52,210 nucleotides of DNA. It comes from a virus. Its lineage: Duplodnaviria > Caudoviricetes. Shown here one piece after another: positions 36,439 through 45,420 of the stretch; position 1 is the stretch's first letter; each line of letters begins with the position of its first letter. Below the pieces are notes generated by a model, which worked only from the letters and a program-made list of their open reading frames with translations, was not told the origin of the DNA and did not search any database. Position numbers and translations under genes: made by a program. Where the stretch lies: IMG/VR virus record IMGVR_UViG_3300044515_000086, positions 1 to 52,210 of that record; one strand, given 5' to 3'.

Positions 36439-37350
36439 GTGGCGCTCACTGCCGAACAGATAGTGACACGCCAGACCGGCATCGGCGGCTCGGATGCCGC
36501 GGCCGCGCTGGGCTTGTCGAAGATGAAGACGGCGCTCGAGCTCTACCTTGAGAAGCGCGGCGAGATCGCGCGCGCGGAGCCGGCGGCCAATGATGAGGTC
36601 ATCTGGTGGGGCCGCGCGCTCGAGCCGATCGTGCGCCAGAAGTACGCCGAGACCACGGGGCGCGTGGTGGTGATGCCGCACGGCACGCTGCATCACCCGG
36701 TGCATCGCTTCATGCTCGCGCACGTCGATGGATTGATCGATGGCGAGCCGCGCGGTTATGAAGGCAAGACCGCCTTTCGCTCAACCGGCTGGGGCGATGA
36801 GGGCACCGATCAGATCCCGCGCGAGTACCTGCTGCAGGTGCACCACTATCTCACCGTGTGCGATTTCGAAGTGTGGGATGTGTGCGCACTTATCGGTCGA
36901 CACTTCGCCATTTACGAAGTGCCACGCGATCGCGAGATGTCAGAAATGCTGATCCACGTCGAGGGCGATTTCATGCGCCGCGTGCGCGAGGGTCACCCGC
37001 CTGGTCTTGACTACGATCACCCGACCGCGCGCGACGTGCTCAAAAAACTCTACCCGGGCACCAATGGCGCGCGCCTCGTGGCCTCTGAATCAGCGATCGC
37101 CTGGCGCGAGCAATTGGCCGCGGCGCAGACCGCCGAGAAGACGGCGAAGGCGAACATCGAGAGCTTGAAGTCACGGCTCCTCGAGGAGATGGGCGAGGCG
37201 GCGCTGCTCGCCTTTCCTGACGCGAAGTGCTATCGCCGGCAGGTCACCCAGCGCGCGGGCTACTCAGTCGAGCCCACCGAATACGTCGATTTTCGCCTTA
37301 TAAATGACGGCAAAGCGGCCGCCCTTCTCAAAACACGGAGCACGATGTGA
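36439..37350 (+). CDS. YqaJ-like viral recombinase/exonuclease
   Basis: RQTGIGGSDAAAALG, LAHVDG, YEGKT and QVHHYL motifs. GTG start at 36439. Confidence 0.92.
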   Translation: MALTAEQIVTRQTGIGGSDAAAALGLSKMKTALELYLEKRGEIARAEPAANDEVIWWGRALEPIVRQKYAETTGRVVVMPHGTLHHPVHRFMLAHVDGLIDGEPRGYEGKTAFRSTGWGDEGTDQIPREYLLQVHHYLTVCDFEVWDVCALIGRHFAIYEVPRDREMSEMLIHVEGDFMRRVREGHPPGLDYDHPTARDVLKKLYPGTNGARLVASESAIAWREQLAAAQTAEKTAKANIESLKSRLLEEMGEAALLAFPDAKCYRRQVTQRAGYSVEPTEYVDFRLINDGKAAALLKTRSTM

Positions 37351-38450
37351 GCACACCAGAACGAGCTGTCAATCCCTTCACCGGCGAGGTGGTCGCAGCG
37401 CCCACTGGAGCCTCAAGCCAAGCGCTCGTACAGCGCGAATCTCAGGAGATTCAGGCGCGCATGCTGGTCGCCCGCAATTTCCCGCGCGATCCCATCAAGG
37501 CAATGGACAAGATCATCAACGCCTTCACGCGCCCGACCTTGTGCGAGGACGCACAGTACGCCTACAGCAAGGGAGGCACTGACGTGCAGGGCCTCTCCAT
37601 TCGCGCAGCCGAAGTGCTGGCGCAGAACTGGGGCAATATCTCGTGCGGCGTGGTCGAGCTCACGCGCGCCGGCGGGCAGTCGGAATGCCTCGCGTATGCG
37701 ACGGATCTTGAGACAGGCTTCCATGATGAAAAGCGATTTTTCATCAAGCACTGGCGCGACACCAAGAAAGGCGGCTACCCGATCACTGAGGAGCGCGACA
37801 TCTACGAAGTGGTCGCGAACTATGGCGCCAGGCGCAAGCGCGCGTGCATCCTGGCCGTAATCCCGAGCGATGTACAGGAAGCGGCCGAGCATCAGATCGA
37901 TGTCACGCTCAAGACCAAAATCGAGATCACACCCGACTCCATCAAGGCGATCGTCGAGAAGTTCGAGCCCCTGGGCGTGAACAAGGAAATGATCGAGAAG
38001 CGGATCCAGCGACACCTCGAGGCGATTTTGCCGGCGCAAGTACTCACCCTGCGGCGCATCTACACGTCGCTTAAAGATGGCATGTCGGAGGTCGGCGCGT
38101 GGTTTGAGATCCCGCCGCCGGCGCCGGAGACCGGCAGCGATAAGCCGCCGGCGGATGTTCCGGGCACTCAGACCGACCAGGTCAAAGAGCAGCTGCGGAC
38201 ACGTGCGAGCGCCAAGAAACCCGCGGCCGGCGAGACGGCGATCGACGAGAAGATCCCATTCTTTGATGCCGCGGCCGCAATCGCGGAGCTCAGGAAGGCG
38301 AAGACGCTCGCCGAACTGGAGGCCTCGAAGGTCGCGGTGTGGAAGGACTTCGAGGTCACCAGGCGCGCGATCCCGATCGAGGTCGACGATGCCTACAACA
38401 TGGCCAAGGAAACGCTCGGCGAGCGCGAAGGCAAGCAACTGGAGCTCTAA
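37347..38450 (+). CDS. Putative single-strand annealing/recombination partner of YqaJ
   Basis: Directly follows YqaJ; FPRD and GLSIRAAEVLAQNWGN motifs. Confidence 0.65.
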   Translation: MSTPERAVNPFTGEVVAAPTGASSQALVQRESQEIQARMLVARNFPRDPIKAMDKIINAFTRPTLCEDAQYAYSKGGTDVQGLSIRAAEVLAQNWGNISCGVVELTRAGGQSECLAYATDLETGFHDEKRFFIKHWRDTKKGGYPITEERDIYEVVANYGARRKRACILAVIPSDVQEAAEHQIDVTLKTKIEITPDSIKAIVEKFEPLGVNKEMIEKRIQRHLEAILPAQVLTLRRIYTSLKDGMSEVGAWFEIPPPAPETGSDKPPADVPGTQTDQVKEQLRTRASAKKPAAGETAIDEKIPFFDAAAAIAELRKAKTLAELEASKVAVWKDFEVTRRAIPIEVDDAYNMAKETLGEREGKQLEL

Positions 38451-38451
38451 G

Positions 38452-39870
38452 ATGAAAGTCACCGAACTGTCCGTCGAGAATTTCAAGCGCATCACCTCGG
38501 TTGCGGTGCGGCTCAAGCCACACGTGACCGAGATCTCAGGTCCTAACGGCGCCGGCAAGAGCTCCTACATCGATGCGCTGTGGGTGCTCTTGAAGGGCAA
38601 GAAGGTGGCGCCGGCGGAGCCGATCCGCAAAGGCGCCGAGCGCTGCCGGATCCGCGGCCGCATCGGCGAGTACATGGTCACGCGCATCTTCAAGCGCACG
38701 CGCACCGATGAGGTGACCACCGAGCTTCGCATCGAGCGCGACAACGAATCGATGCCGCCCACCGAGAACTTCATGCGCACCCTGATCGGGGATCACATGC
38801 TCGATCCGGGGGATTTCATCAATTTGAGTTCGGACGCCAAGTTCGACGTCTTTCGCTCCTTCGTGCCGGGCGTCGATTTTAAGGTGATCACGAACCAGAA
38901 CCGCCAGGACTACGAGCGGCGCACCGATGTCAATCGCATGGCCAGGGAGTCGCGCGCGGCCGCGCACATGATCAATGTTCCCGAAGGCACACCCGACACG
39001 GCGATCGACAAGGGGGCGCTCGTGCAGCAGCTGCAGGAGGCGGGCGATGGGAACGCTGCCATCGAGCGCCGGCGGGCGAACCGCGAGAAGGTCGTCGATC
39101 AAATCACGCAACTAAAGGCGCTGCATGCGAGCGCTGATGAGCGTTTCAATGTCTTCGCGACCGAGCGCCAGGCGACCTGCGACGCCCGGGTTGATGAACT
39201 GCTCGCGCAGATGGAGCAGTTGAAGGCTGCTATTGAAGCGACTCAGAAGACGGCGCGAGAGGAAGCCTTAAAGCGCAGCGCTGAAATTGCGGTCGAAGCC
39301 GTGAATGCACTCGATCAAGCAAACGAACTGCAGGCCAAGCTCGACGCGGCGGGTCCGCTGCCGCAGCCCATCGATACGCAGGCCTTGGCCGAGACCATCC
39401 GCCAGGCCGAGTTCGCCAATGAGGCGATCCTCAAGCTCCAGACGCGCGACAAGCACGTCAAGGTCGCCGAGCGCTACGAGGGAGAAGCGGCTGAGATCAC
39501 GGCACGGATGGACGCGCGCGAGAAGGTCAAGCAGGACGCGATTGCCGCGGCGCAGCTGCCGGTCGCTGGCATCACCTTCGGCGATGGCGAGGTGTTCTTA
39601 GATGGCGTGCCGTTCGACCAAGCCTCGACCGCGCAGAAGTTTCGCGTAGGTGTCGCGATCGCGGTCGCCAAGAATCCGACGCTGCGGCTGGTGTGGGTGC
39701 GCGATGCCTCGCTGCTCGATGACCATTCGTATGAGCTGATCAGCAAGCTCGCCGCGGAATTCGATTGCCAGATCCTCTTGGAAACGGTGCGCGCGATCGG
39801 TAAGGACGCGATCGTGCTCGAGGATGGGCACATCAAAGAGGCGGCCGCAGCCGAGGCGGTGCCGGCGTGA
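38452..39870 (+). CDS. SMC/RecN-like coiled-coil ABC-type ATPase
   Basis: VENFKRI, GPNGAGKSS, long coiled coil, ASTAQ signature-like segment, WVRDASLLD. Confidence 0.85.
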   Translation: MKVTELSVENFKRITSVAVRLKPHVTEISGPNGAGKSSYIDALWVLLKGKKVAPAEPIRKGAERCRIRGRIGEYMVTRIFKRTRTDEVTTELRIERDNESMPPTENFMRTLIGDHMLDPGDFINLSSDAKFDVFRSFVPGVDFKVITNQNRQDYERRTDVNRMARESRAAAHMINVPEGTPDTAIDKGALVQQLQEAGDGNAAIERRRANREKVVDQITQLKALHASADERFNVFATERQATCDARVDELLAQMEQLKAAIEATQKTAREEALKRSAEIAVEAVNALDQANELQAKLDAAGPLPQPIDTQALAETIRQAEFANEAILKLQTRDKHVKVAERYEGEAAEITARMDAREKVKQDAIAAAQLPVAGITFGDGEVFLDGVPFDQASTAQKFRVGVAIAVAKNPTLRLVWVRDASLLDDHSYELISKLAAEFDCQILLETVRAIGKDAIVLEDGHIKEAAAAEAVPA

Positions 39871-40310
39871 TTCGAACCGGTCGACCACTCAAGCCGCCCC
39901 TCTACGTGCTGCCGCATGGGATTGAGGTCATCGGTGAATATCCGCCGGGAGGCGCTAATCGATACTGGCGCGTCCGCCTCCGACCGCACCACTTCTTTCC
40001 GACGGTCCGTTCGGTCAGAGGCGGCATCTATGTACGCCGCAGCCGCGTGATCTTGGCATCAAAGCTCGGGCGTGCACTGAGACCGAAAGAGCATGCGCAT
40101 CACAACGATGAGGACCGCGGTAACGACGCCGTCGGGAATATCGAGCCGCTCTCGCCGGCTGCGCACAACCGCCACCATAAGACCGGGTCGCGCCATGCCG
40201 TCATCAGCAAGCGACGTATCAGCGAGTCGCTGAAGCGCGCGTATGCCAGCGGTGCGCGTCGGCGTCCCGTGATTTCAACTCGCGACAACCTCGGAAGGAT
40301 CTCCCGATGA
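39867..40310 (+). CDS. HNH endonuclease (homing type)
   Basis: KLGRALRPKEHAHHNDEDRGNDAVGNIE...HNRHH. Confidence 0.75.
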   Translation: MIRTGRPLKPPLYVLPHGIEVIGEYPPGGANRYWRVRLRPHHFFPTVRSVRGGIYVRRSRVILASKLGRALRPKEHAHHNDEDRGNDAVGNIEPLSPAAHNRHHKTGSRHAVISKRRISESLKRAYASGARRRPVISTRDNLGRISR

Positions 40311-40927
40311 GCTTAGCTATTTTTTACGATTCGGAGACGACCGGCCTGCCGCTTTTCAGCGAGCCGAGCGAGGATCCGCGCCAGCCGCACATCGTGCAGC
40401 TCGCCGCCTGCTTAGTCGACCTCGAGACTAAGGCGACGATCGCGAGCATGGATGTGATCGTGCAACCGCGGGGCTGGGAAATCCCGGATGACGTCGCGGC
40501 CATCCATGGCATCACGACTGAGCACGCGACGGACGTCGGCATCCCAGAATCGGTCGCGGTCAACATGTTCATCGAACTGTATCGATTCCGGCCGCGCATC
40601 GCGCATAACGAGGCCTTCGACGCTCGTATTTTACGCATTGCATTAATTCGTCACGCGATCAACGCCGCACTTCCGGATCTGTGGAAGGGGGGGGCAGCCA
40701 TTTGCACTCAGGCGCTCTCGACGCCGATCTTAAAGCTCCCACCGACCGCGAAGATGATCGCCGCGGGCCGGCGCCATCACAAGAGCGCGAACTTGCGCGA
40801 GGCCTATCGGCACTTCACTGGCAACGAGCTCGTCGGCGCCCATCAGGCCATGGTCGATGTGCAGGCCTGCATGGCGGTTTACTTCGCGATCCTCGAGCAG
40901 ACGCGCCGCGCCGCGGCCGCGGTGTAA
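40307..40927 (+). CDS. DEDDh 3'-5' exonuclease (DnaQ-like)
   Basis: YDSETTG, IHGIT, AHNEAFD and AHQAMVDV motifs. Confidence 0.9.
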   Translation: MSLAIFYDSETTGLPLFSEPSEDPRQPHIVQLAACLVDLETKATIASMDVIVQPRGWEIPDDVAAIHGITTEHATDVGIPESVAVNMFIELYRFRPRIAHNEAFDARILRIALIRHAINAALPDLWKGGAAICTQALSTPILKLPPTAKMIAAGRRHHKSANLREAYRHFTGNELVGAHQAMVDVQACMAVYFAILEQTRRAAAAV

Positions 40928-40952
40928 CTCAACAACTTCCGGAGACTAGTCA

Positions 40953-42485
40953 ATGACCATCGCATCCACAGCCGACGGCACCCGTGCCCTCTCGATCGGG
41001 GAGTTGAAAGTATCGACCACCGCCGGCCAGGCCGAACGGCGCAAGCATTTCGATAAGGTTGAACTCGATCAGCTCGCCAAGTCGATCAAGAAAGTGGGTG
41101 TGCTCTCGCCCATCCTCGCTCGCCCGGTCAACGGACACTTCGAGATCGTGTTTGGCGAACGGAGATTCATCGCCGCGAAACTCGCCGGCCTCACCGCGAT
41201 CGACGTCTCCGTGCGAACTTTAAGCGATGAGCAGGTGCTCGAGGTGCAGCTGATTGAGAACCTGCAGCGCGAGGGGCTGCATCCGCTCGCGGAGGCGGAA
41301 GGCTACGAGCAGCTGCAGGGGTACGGGCATTCTGCCGAGGAGATCGCCGACAAGCTCGGCAAATCGAAGGCGTACGTTTACGGCCGTATGAAACTGCTGG
41401 CGCTCGGGCCCGCGGCCCGCGAGGCCTTCTACCGCGGCGAATTGAACGCATCGACCGCGTTGCTGCTCGCCAGGATCCCCGTCGAGTCCCTGCAGTCGGA
41501 TGCCCTGAAGGCGATTACCGGCAAGCGCTGGAATAACGAAGTGATGTCGTTCCGCGAGGCCGCCGAGGTCATCCGGCGCGATTACATGACCAATCTGTCG
41601 GACGCAGGATTCCCCACCGAGGATGCGACGCTGGTGGCGGCCGCGGGCGCATGCGGCGCATGCCCGAAGCGCACGGGCAATCAGGCTGAACTCTTCGACG
41701 ATGTGAAAAGTGGGAACGTATGCACTGACCCGATTTGCTTCAAAGCCAAGCGCCAGGCGCACGCCGCGCGGGCGATCGCGCAGGCGAAGGAAGACGGGCA
41801 GCAGGTAATCACCGGCGCTGAGGCGAAGAAGATCATCCCATGGCAGCACAGTCTGGCGACGGGCTACTCAAAGCTGTCGGACGTATGCTACGACGACAAG
41901 AAGCAACGCACATACGCGCAGCTGCTCGGCAAGGACTTCAAGCCGACGCTCGTCCAAAACCCCGAGACCGGCGTGTTGGTCAAAGTCGTCACGCCGGCCG
42001 CCGCCAAGCAGGCGAGGCTCGACAACAATATCAAGCCGCCGACCTACAGCCAGCCGACGCGCGGCGCGAAATCCGGTGGGACGTCAAATAAAGCCGAGAC
42101 CGCATTTCGCGAGGCTCTATTTCTCGCCATTCACGCCAAAGCGCCGAAGAAGTTGAGCCGCCACGTGCTCGAGACGATCATCGAACACGAGCTGGATGCC
42201 ATCGGTGAACTGCCCAATGTTCTGACGAAGGCCTGGGGATGGGATGCCGACACGCACAACCTCGAGAGCCTCACCGAGCCGCAGCTAAACCAGTTCCTGT
42301 TCGAGCTGTGCGTTGTCGAGGAGCTCAACATGTCGGCGTACGCGCAGACGCCGAAGCTGCTCAATCTCGCCAAGTCGATGAAGATCGACACGAAGAAGAT
42401 TCGCAAGGCTATCGCCGCCGCGGCCAAGCCGGCGACGAAGGCGAAAGCGGCGCCTAAGAAAAAGTCGACCACCAAAGGAAAATAA
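40953..42485 (+). CDS. ParB/RepB/Spo0J-family protein with Cys-rich central region
   Basis: GVLSPILAR, FGERRFIAA, ENLQRE, HTH, and CGACPKRT...CTDPICF. Confidence 0.88.
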   Translation: MTIASTADGTRALSIGELKVSTTAGQAERRKHFDKVELDQLAKSIKKVGVLSPILARPVNGHFEIVFGERRFIAAKLAGLTAIDVSVRTLSDEQVLEVQLIENLQREGLHPLAEAEGYEQLQGYGHSAEEIADKLGKSKAYVYGRMKLLALGPAAREAFYRGELNASTALLLARIPVESLQSDALKAITGKRWNNEVMSFREAAEVIRRDYMTNLSDAGFPTEDATLVAAAGACGACPKRTGNQAELFDDVKSGNVCTDPICFKAKRQAHAARAIAQAKEDGQQVITGAEAKKIIPWQHSLATGYSKLSDVCYDDKKQRTYAQLLGKDFKPTLVQNPETGVLVKVVTPAAAKQARLDNNIKPPTYSQPTRGAKSGGTSNKAETAFREALFLAIHAKAPKKLSRHVLETIIEHELDAIGELPNVLTKAWGWDADTHNLESLTEPQLNQFLFELCVVEELNMSAYAQTPKLLNLAKSMKIDTKKIRKAIAAAAKPATKAKAAPKKKSTTKGK

Positions 42486-43097
42486 ATGAACGCAGTATCG
42501 ATCGATATTCCGCCGGCCGTGGCCGCACTCCTCGAGGGCGGCTTCTATGCCGGCCGCATTCTCATTGCGGGCGTTCTCTATGCGCTGATCGTGGCACCCA
42601 AAGCTGAGGGTGAGCGCAAGCCGGGTGTGTGGTCCAAATCGGAGAAATCGATTGCCGGTGCCATGAGCTGGAATGACGGCCTGGCGAACACCGGCGCGAT
42701 GTCCGATGCGGGAAGCGCGCTCGCGAAGTGGGCGCAGGGCCTCACCATCGGCGGCTATTCGGATTGGTACCTGCCGGCGCTCGATGAGCTCGAGCTCTGC
42801 TATCGATATCTGAAACCGACCGCGGAGCCAAGCTATCTTTGGAGCCGATCGGGCATCAACGTGAGCGCGGTCCCACCGACGTATCCGTATGTCGCGGATT
42901 CCCCGGCGCAGACCGAACACGAGATCTTCCGCGCCGGCGGCGCGGAGGCCTTCGCCGATGAAATTTACTGGAGTTCGACGCAGCACGCCTCTGGCAGCAA
43001 CTACGCCTGGAGCCAGCATTTCAGCAACGGCTGCCAGAGCTACTGGTTCAAGGGCCATCACTTCAGGGCTCGCGTCGTCCGCAGATTAGCCATTTAA
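42486..43097 (+). CDS. DGR target 1, DUF1566/Lcl-like C-type-lectin-fold protein
   Basis: GGFYAG, DWYLPALDELE and YWSST motifs; C-terminal VR. Confidence 0.9.
   Translation: MNAVSIDIPPAVAALLEGGFYAGRILIAGVLYALIVAPKAEGERKPGVWSKSEKSIAGAMSWNDGLANTGAMSDAGSALAKWAQGLTIGGYSDWYLPALDELELCYRYLKPTAEPSYLWSRSGINVSAVPPTYPYVADSPAQTEHEIFRAGGAEAFADEIYWSSTQHASGSNYAWSQHFSNGCQSYWFKGHHFRARVVRRLAI
42978..43088 (+). repeat. DGR variable repeat VR1
   Basis: 111-nt ungapped match to the TR with 14 mismatches, all at TR adenines (hand alignment). Confidence 0.97.
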
Positions 43098-43136
43098 CCA
43101 TTCATCTATTTTTCCAAGGGCTTTAAAGGGGCATCC

Positions 43137-43640
43137 ATGAACGTGACCAAGAACGGCATCACCATCACCATCTCGGACGCTGAGGTCGTCAAGATGGCGC
43201 TCGAGCGCCTGAACGACGCACCGAGCCCCGTCGCCTTTGTCCACCTCGAATCCGACGTCCCTCGCATTGGCGAACACTGGTCGACTCAGGGCGGCATCTA
43301 TGCAGGCGTGGCGCGTGGCCGCGATGGTGCGCCGGACTATCACCTGATCGTAGGCCCTGAGTTCGACGGTCAAACGGACTGGGACGGCGCCGGCAAGTGG
43401 GCGGCCGGCGTGACAGTCCATGGGTTTTCTGACTTCGCGCTGCCGTTTCGCAAGGAGCAGGCGCTCAGCTTCGGGAACGTGCCCGAGCTATTTAAGGAGG
43501 AGTACTACTGGTCGTGCGAGCAGCGCGCCTCTAGCAGCAACTACGCCTGGGACCAGCATTTCAGCAACGGCTACCAGACCACCTGGTACAAGGACGATCA
43601 CATCAGGGCTCGCGTCGTCCGCAGATTAGTAATTCAGTAA
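43137..43640 (+). CDS. DGR target 2, DUF1566/Lcl-like protein
   Basis: QGGIYAG, DFALPFRKEQ and YYWSCEQ motifs; C-terminal VR. Confidence 0.9.
   Translation: MNVTKNGITITISDAEVVKMALERLNDAPSPVAFVHLESDVPRIGEHWSTQGGIYAGVARGRDGAPDYHLIVGPEFDGQTDWDGAGKWAAGVTVHGFSDFALPFRKEQALSFGNVPELFKEEYYWSCEQRASSSNYAWDQHFSNGYQTTWYKDDHIRARVVRRLVIQ
43521..43628 (+). repeat. DGR variable repeat VR2
   Basis: 108-nt ungapped match to the TR with 10 mismatches, all at TR adenines (hand alignment). Confidence 0.97.
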
Positions 43641-43667
43641 TTCGATAATTTTCTTTCCCCAATCAGC

Positions 43668-44027
43668 ATGGCCATCCATACCAAGTTACCGATCTACAAA
43701 GTCGCCTATGACCTCCTGAGCGTCGCCGTGGACTATGTGCAGAACATGCCACGGGACTTCAAGGCGGCCATCGGCGGCCGAGTGCGCGATCTGTGCGTCG
43801 ATATCGTCCTGTCGATCTTCAAGGCCAATTGCGCGGCCGAGAAGACCCCGTACCTCGATCTGCTGCTCGAGCAGGTCGAGGAGCTGCAGCTGCTCCTGCG
43901 GCTTTGCCAGGACAAGCGATTCATCTCAAAGCCGCAGTACGCGGCCGCGGTGGAGTTGACGAACAGCGTCGGTCGGCAGGCGAACGGATGGAGGAAACAC
44001 TTTGCAGCAGCATCGCCCGTTACCTGA
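43668..44027 (+). CDS. avd: Accessory variability determinant (four-helix bundle)
   Basis: 119 aa, LPIYKVAYDL...MPRDFKAAIG...VGRQANGW; between the targets and the TR. Confidence 0.9.
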   Translation: MAIHTKLPIYKVAYDLLSVAVDYVQNMPRDFKAAIGGRVRDLCVDIVLSIFKANCAAEKTPYLDLLLEQVEELQLLLRLCQDKRFISKPQYAAAVELTNSVGRQANGWRKHFAAASPVT

Positions 44028-44195
44028 TCGTCAAGGCGGTCCGGTCAGTGCGACGATTAATCTGGTCGCGCCGCTGGCATCCACAGCCACCGACAAGCGC
44101 ATCCGGGATATCGCCGGTCGTCCCACGATCCGGAGTCGATCCCGCGCAGTTTCCCCACTGAGAGTTCGGTGGGGCGACATCGATAGCGCGAACCT

Positions 44196-44306
44196 ACGCA
44201 GCACGCCTCTAGCAGCAACAACGCCTGGAACCAGAATTTCAGCAACGGCAACCAGAACAACTGGAACAAGGACAATCACATCAGGGCTCGCGTCGTCCGC
44301 AGATAA
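44196..44306 (+). ncRNA. DGR template repeat (TR)
   Basis: AAC-rich (10 AAY codons in the VR frame) master copy of VR1 and VR2, ending in TAA where the VRs have TTA. Confidence 0.97.
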
Positions 44307-44340
44307 TCATGCAAGGGAAGGCCATGCCGATTTTTCCTTC

Positions 44341-45420
44341 TTGGAGCTCACGCAAGCCTATTTCGACTGCCGCGAGCACAAGCGCAACACCCGATCCGCC
44401 CTCGCCTTCGAGCAGAACCTAGAACACAATCTGCTCCGGTTGTGGGATGACCTGCAATCGGACGCCTATCGCCCAGGCCCATCGATCTGCTTCGTCATCA
44501 CACGCCCAAAGCCGCGGGAGGTGTGGGCCGCCAACTTCCGCGATCGCATCGTGCACCATCTGCTCTATAACCGGATCGCGCCACGCTTCCACCGAGCCTT
44601 CATCGCGGATTCCTGCGCCTGCATTCCTGGCCGCGGCACCCTCTACGCTGCGAAGCGTCTCGAGGCCAAGGTGCGCAGCATCACCCAGAATTGGCAGCGG
44701 CCTGCGTTCTACCTTAAATGCGACCTCGCGAACTTCTTCGTCAGCATCGACAAGCGCATCGTCCGGGATCTGCTCGCGCCCAAGGTTACTGAAGCCTGGT
44801 GGCTGCGCCTCGCCGAATCGATCCTGTTTCACGACCCGCGCTCGAAGGTCGAGCTGCGCGGACATCGAGAGCGCCTCGCGCTCGTGCCGGCCCACAAGAG
44901 CCTCTTCAATCAGGTCCCGGGGAAGGGGCTGCCGATCGGCAACCTCTCCTCGCAGTTCTTTGCGAACGTGCTGCTCGATTCCCTCGATCAGTACGTCAAA
45001 CAGAAGATAGGCGCGGCGTACTACATCCGCTACGTCGATGATTTCCTGCTGCTGCACGAATCGGCGCAATGGTTGAACGCCGTTCGGGCGGACATCGAGG
45101 CGCATCTTAAGACGCTTGGGCTGCGGCTGAATCCCACCAAGACGATCCTGCAGCCGATCGAACGTGGGATTGACTTCGTCGGCCAGGTGATCAAGCCGTG
45201 GCGGCGTACGCTGCGCCGGCGCACGTACCGCGACGCGCTTCACCGAGTCGCAACGATTACGAACGCCGATCTCTTTCAGACCGCCAACAGCTACTTCGGG
45301 CTGCTACGCCAGGCGACGCACAGCCGCCGCGATCGGATGCGACTCGCGAAGGTCATTGGCCGCCGCGGCCGCGCGGTGGATCTGGCGCTCACCAAAACCT
45401 ATCGCGGGAATTTTCTTTAG
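44341..45420 (+). CDS. DGR reverse transcriptase (start uncertain; frame open from 44002)
   Basis: KPREVWAANFRDRIVHH, LKCDLANFFVSID, GLPIGNLSSQFFAN, YIRYVDDF and GIDFVG motifs. Confidence 0.95.
   Translation: MELTQAYFDCREHKRNTRSALAFEQNLEHNLLRLWDDLQSDAYRPGPSICFVITRPKPREVWAANFRDRIVHHLLYNRIAPRFHRAFIADSCACIPGRGTLYAAKRLEAKVRSITQNWQRPAFYLKCDLANFFVSIDKRIVRDLLAPKVTEAWWLRLAESILFHDPRSKVELRGHRERLALVPAHKSLFNQVPGKGLPIGNLSSQFFANVLLDSLDQYVKQKIGAAYYIRYVDDFLLLHESAQWLNAVRADIEAHLKTLGLRLNPTKTILQPIERGIDFVGQVIKPWRRTLRRRTYRDALHRVATITNADLFQTANSYFGLLRQATHSRRDRMRLAKVIGRRGRAVDLALTKTYRGNFL

Larger units (their letters stand above)
42486..45420 (+). mobile_element. Diversity-generating retroelement: target1-target2-avd-TR-RT
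   Basis: All canonical components present; adenine-specific TR/VR mismatches. Confidence 0.97.

Noticed and set aside
42978-44306. Three ~110-bp repeats as a CRISPR array or simple duplication
   Set aside because: Too long and irregularly spaced for CRISPR, no cas genes, and mismatches are confined to TR adenines.
44341-45420. RT as a group II intron, retron or Abi RT
   Set aside because: Adjacent avd, a TR with adenine-specific VR mismatches and the GNLSSQ motif identify a DGR RT; no maturase/endonuclease extension is seen.
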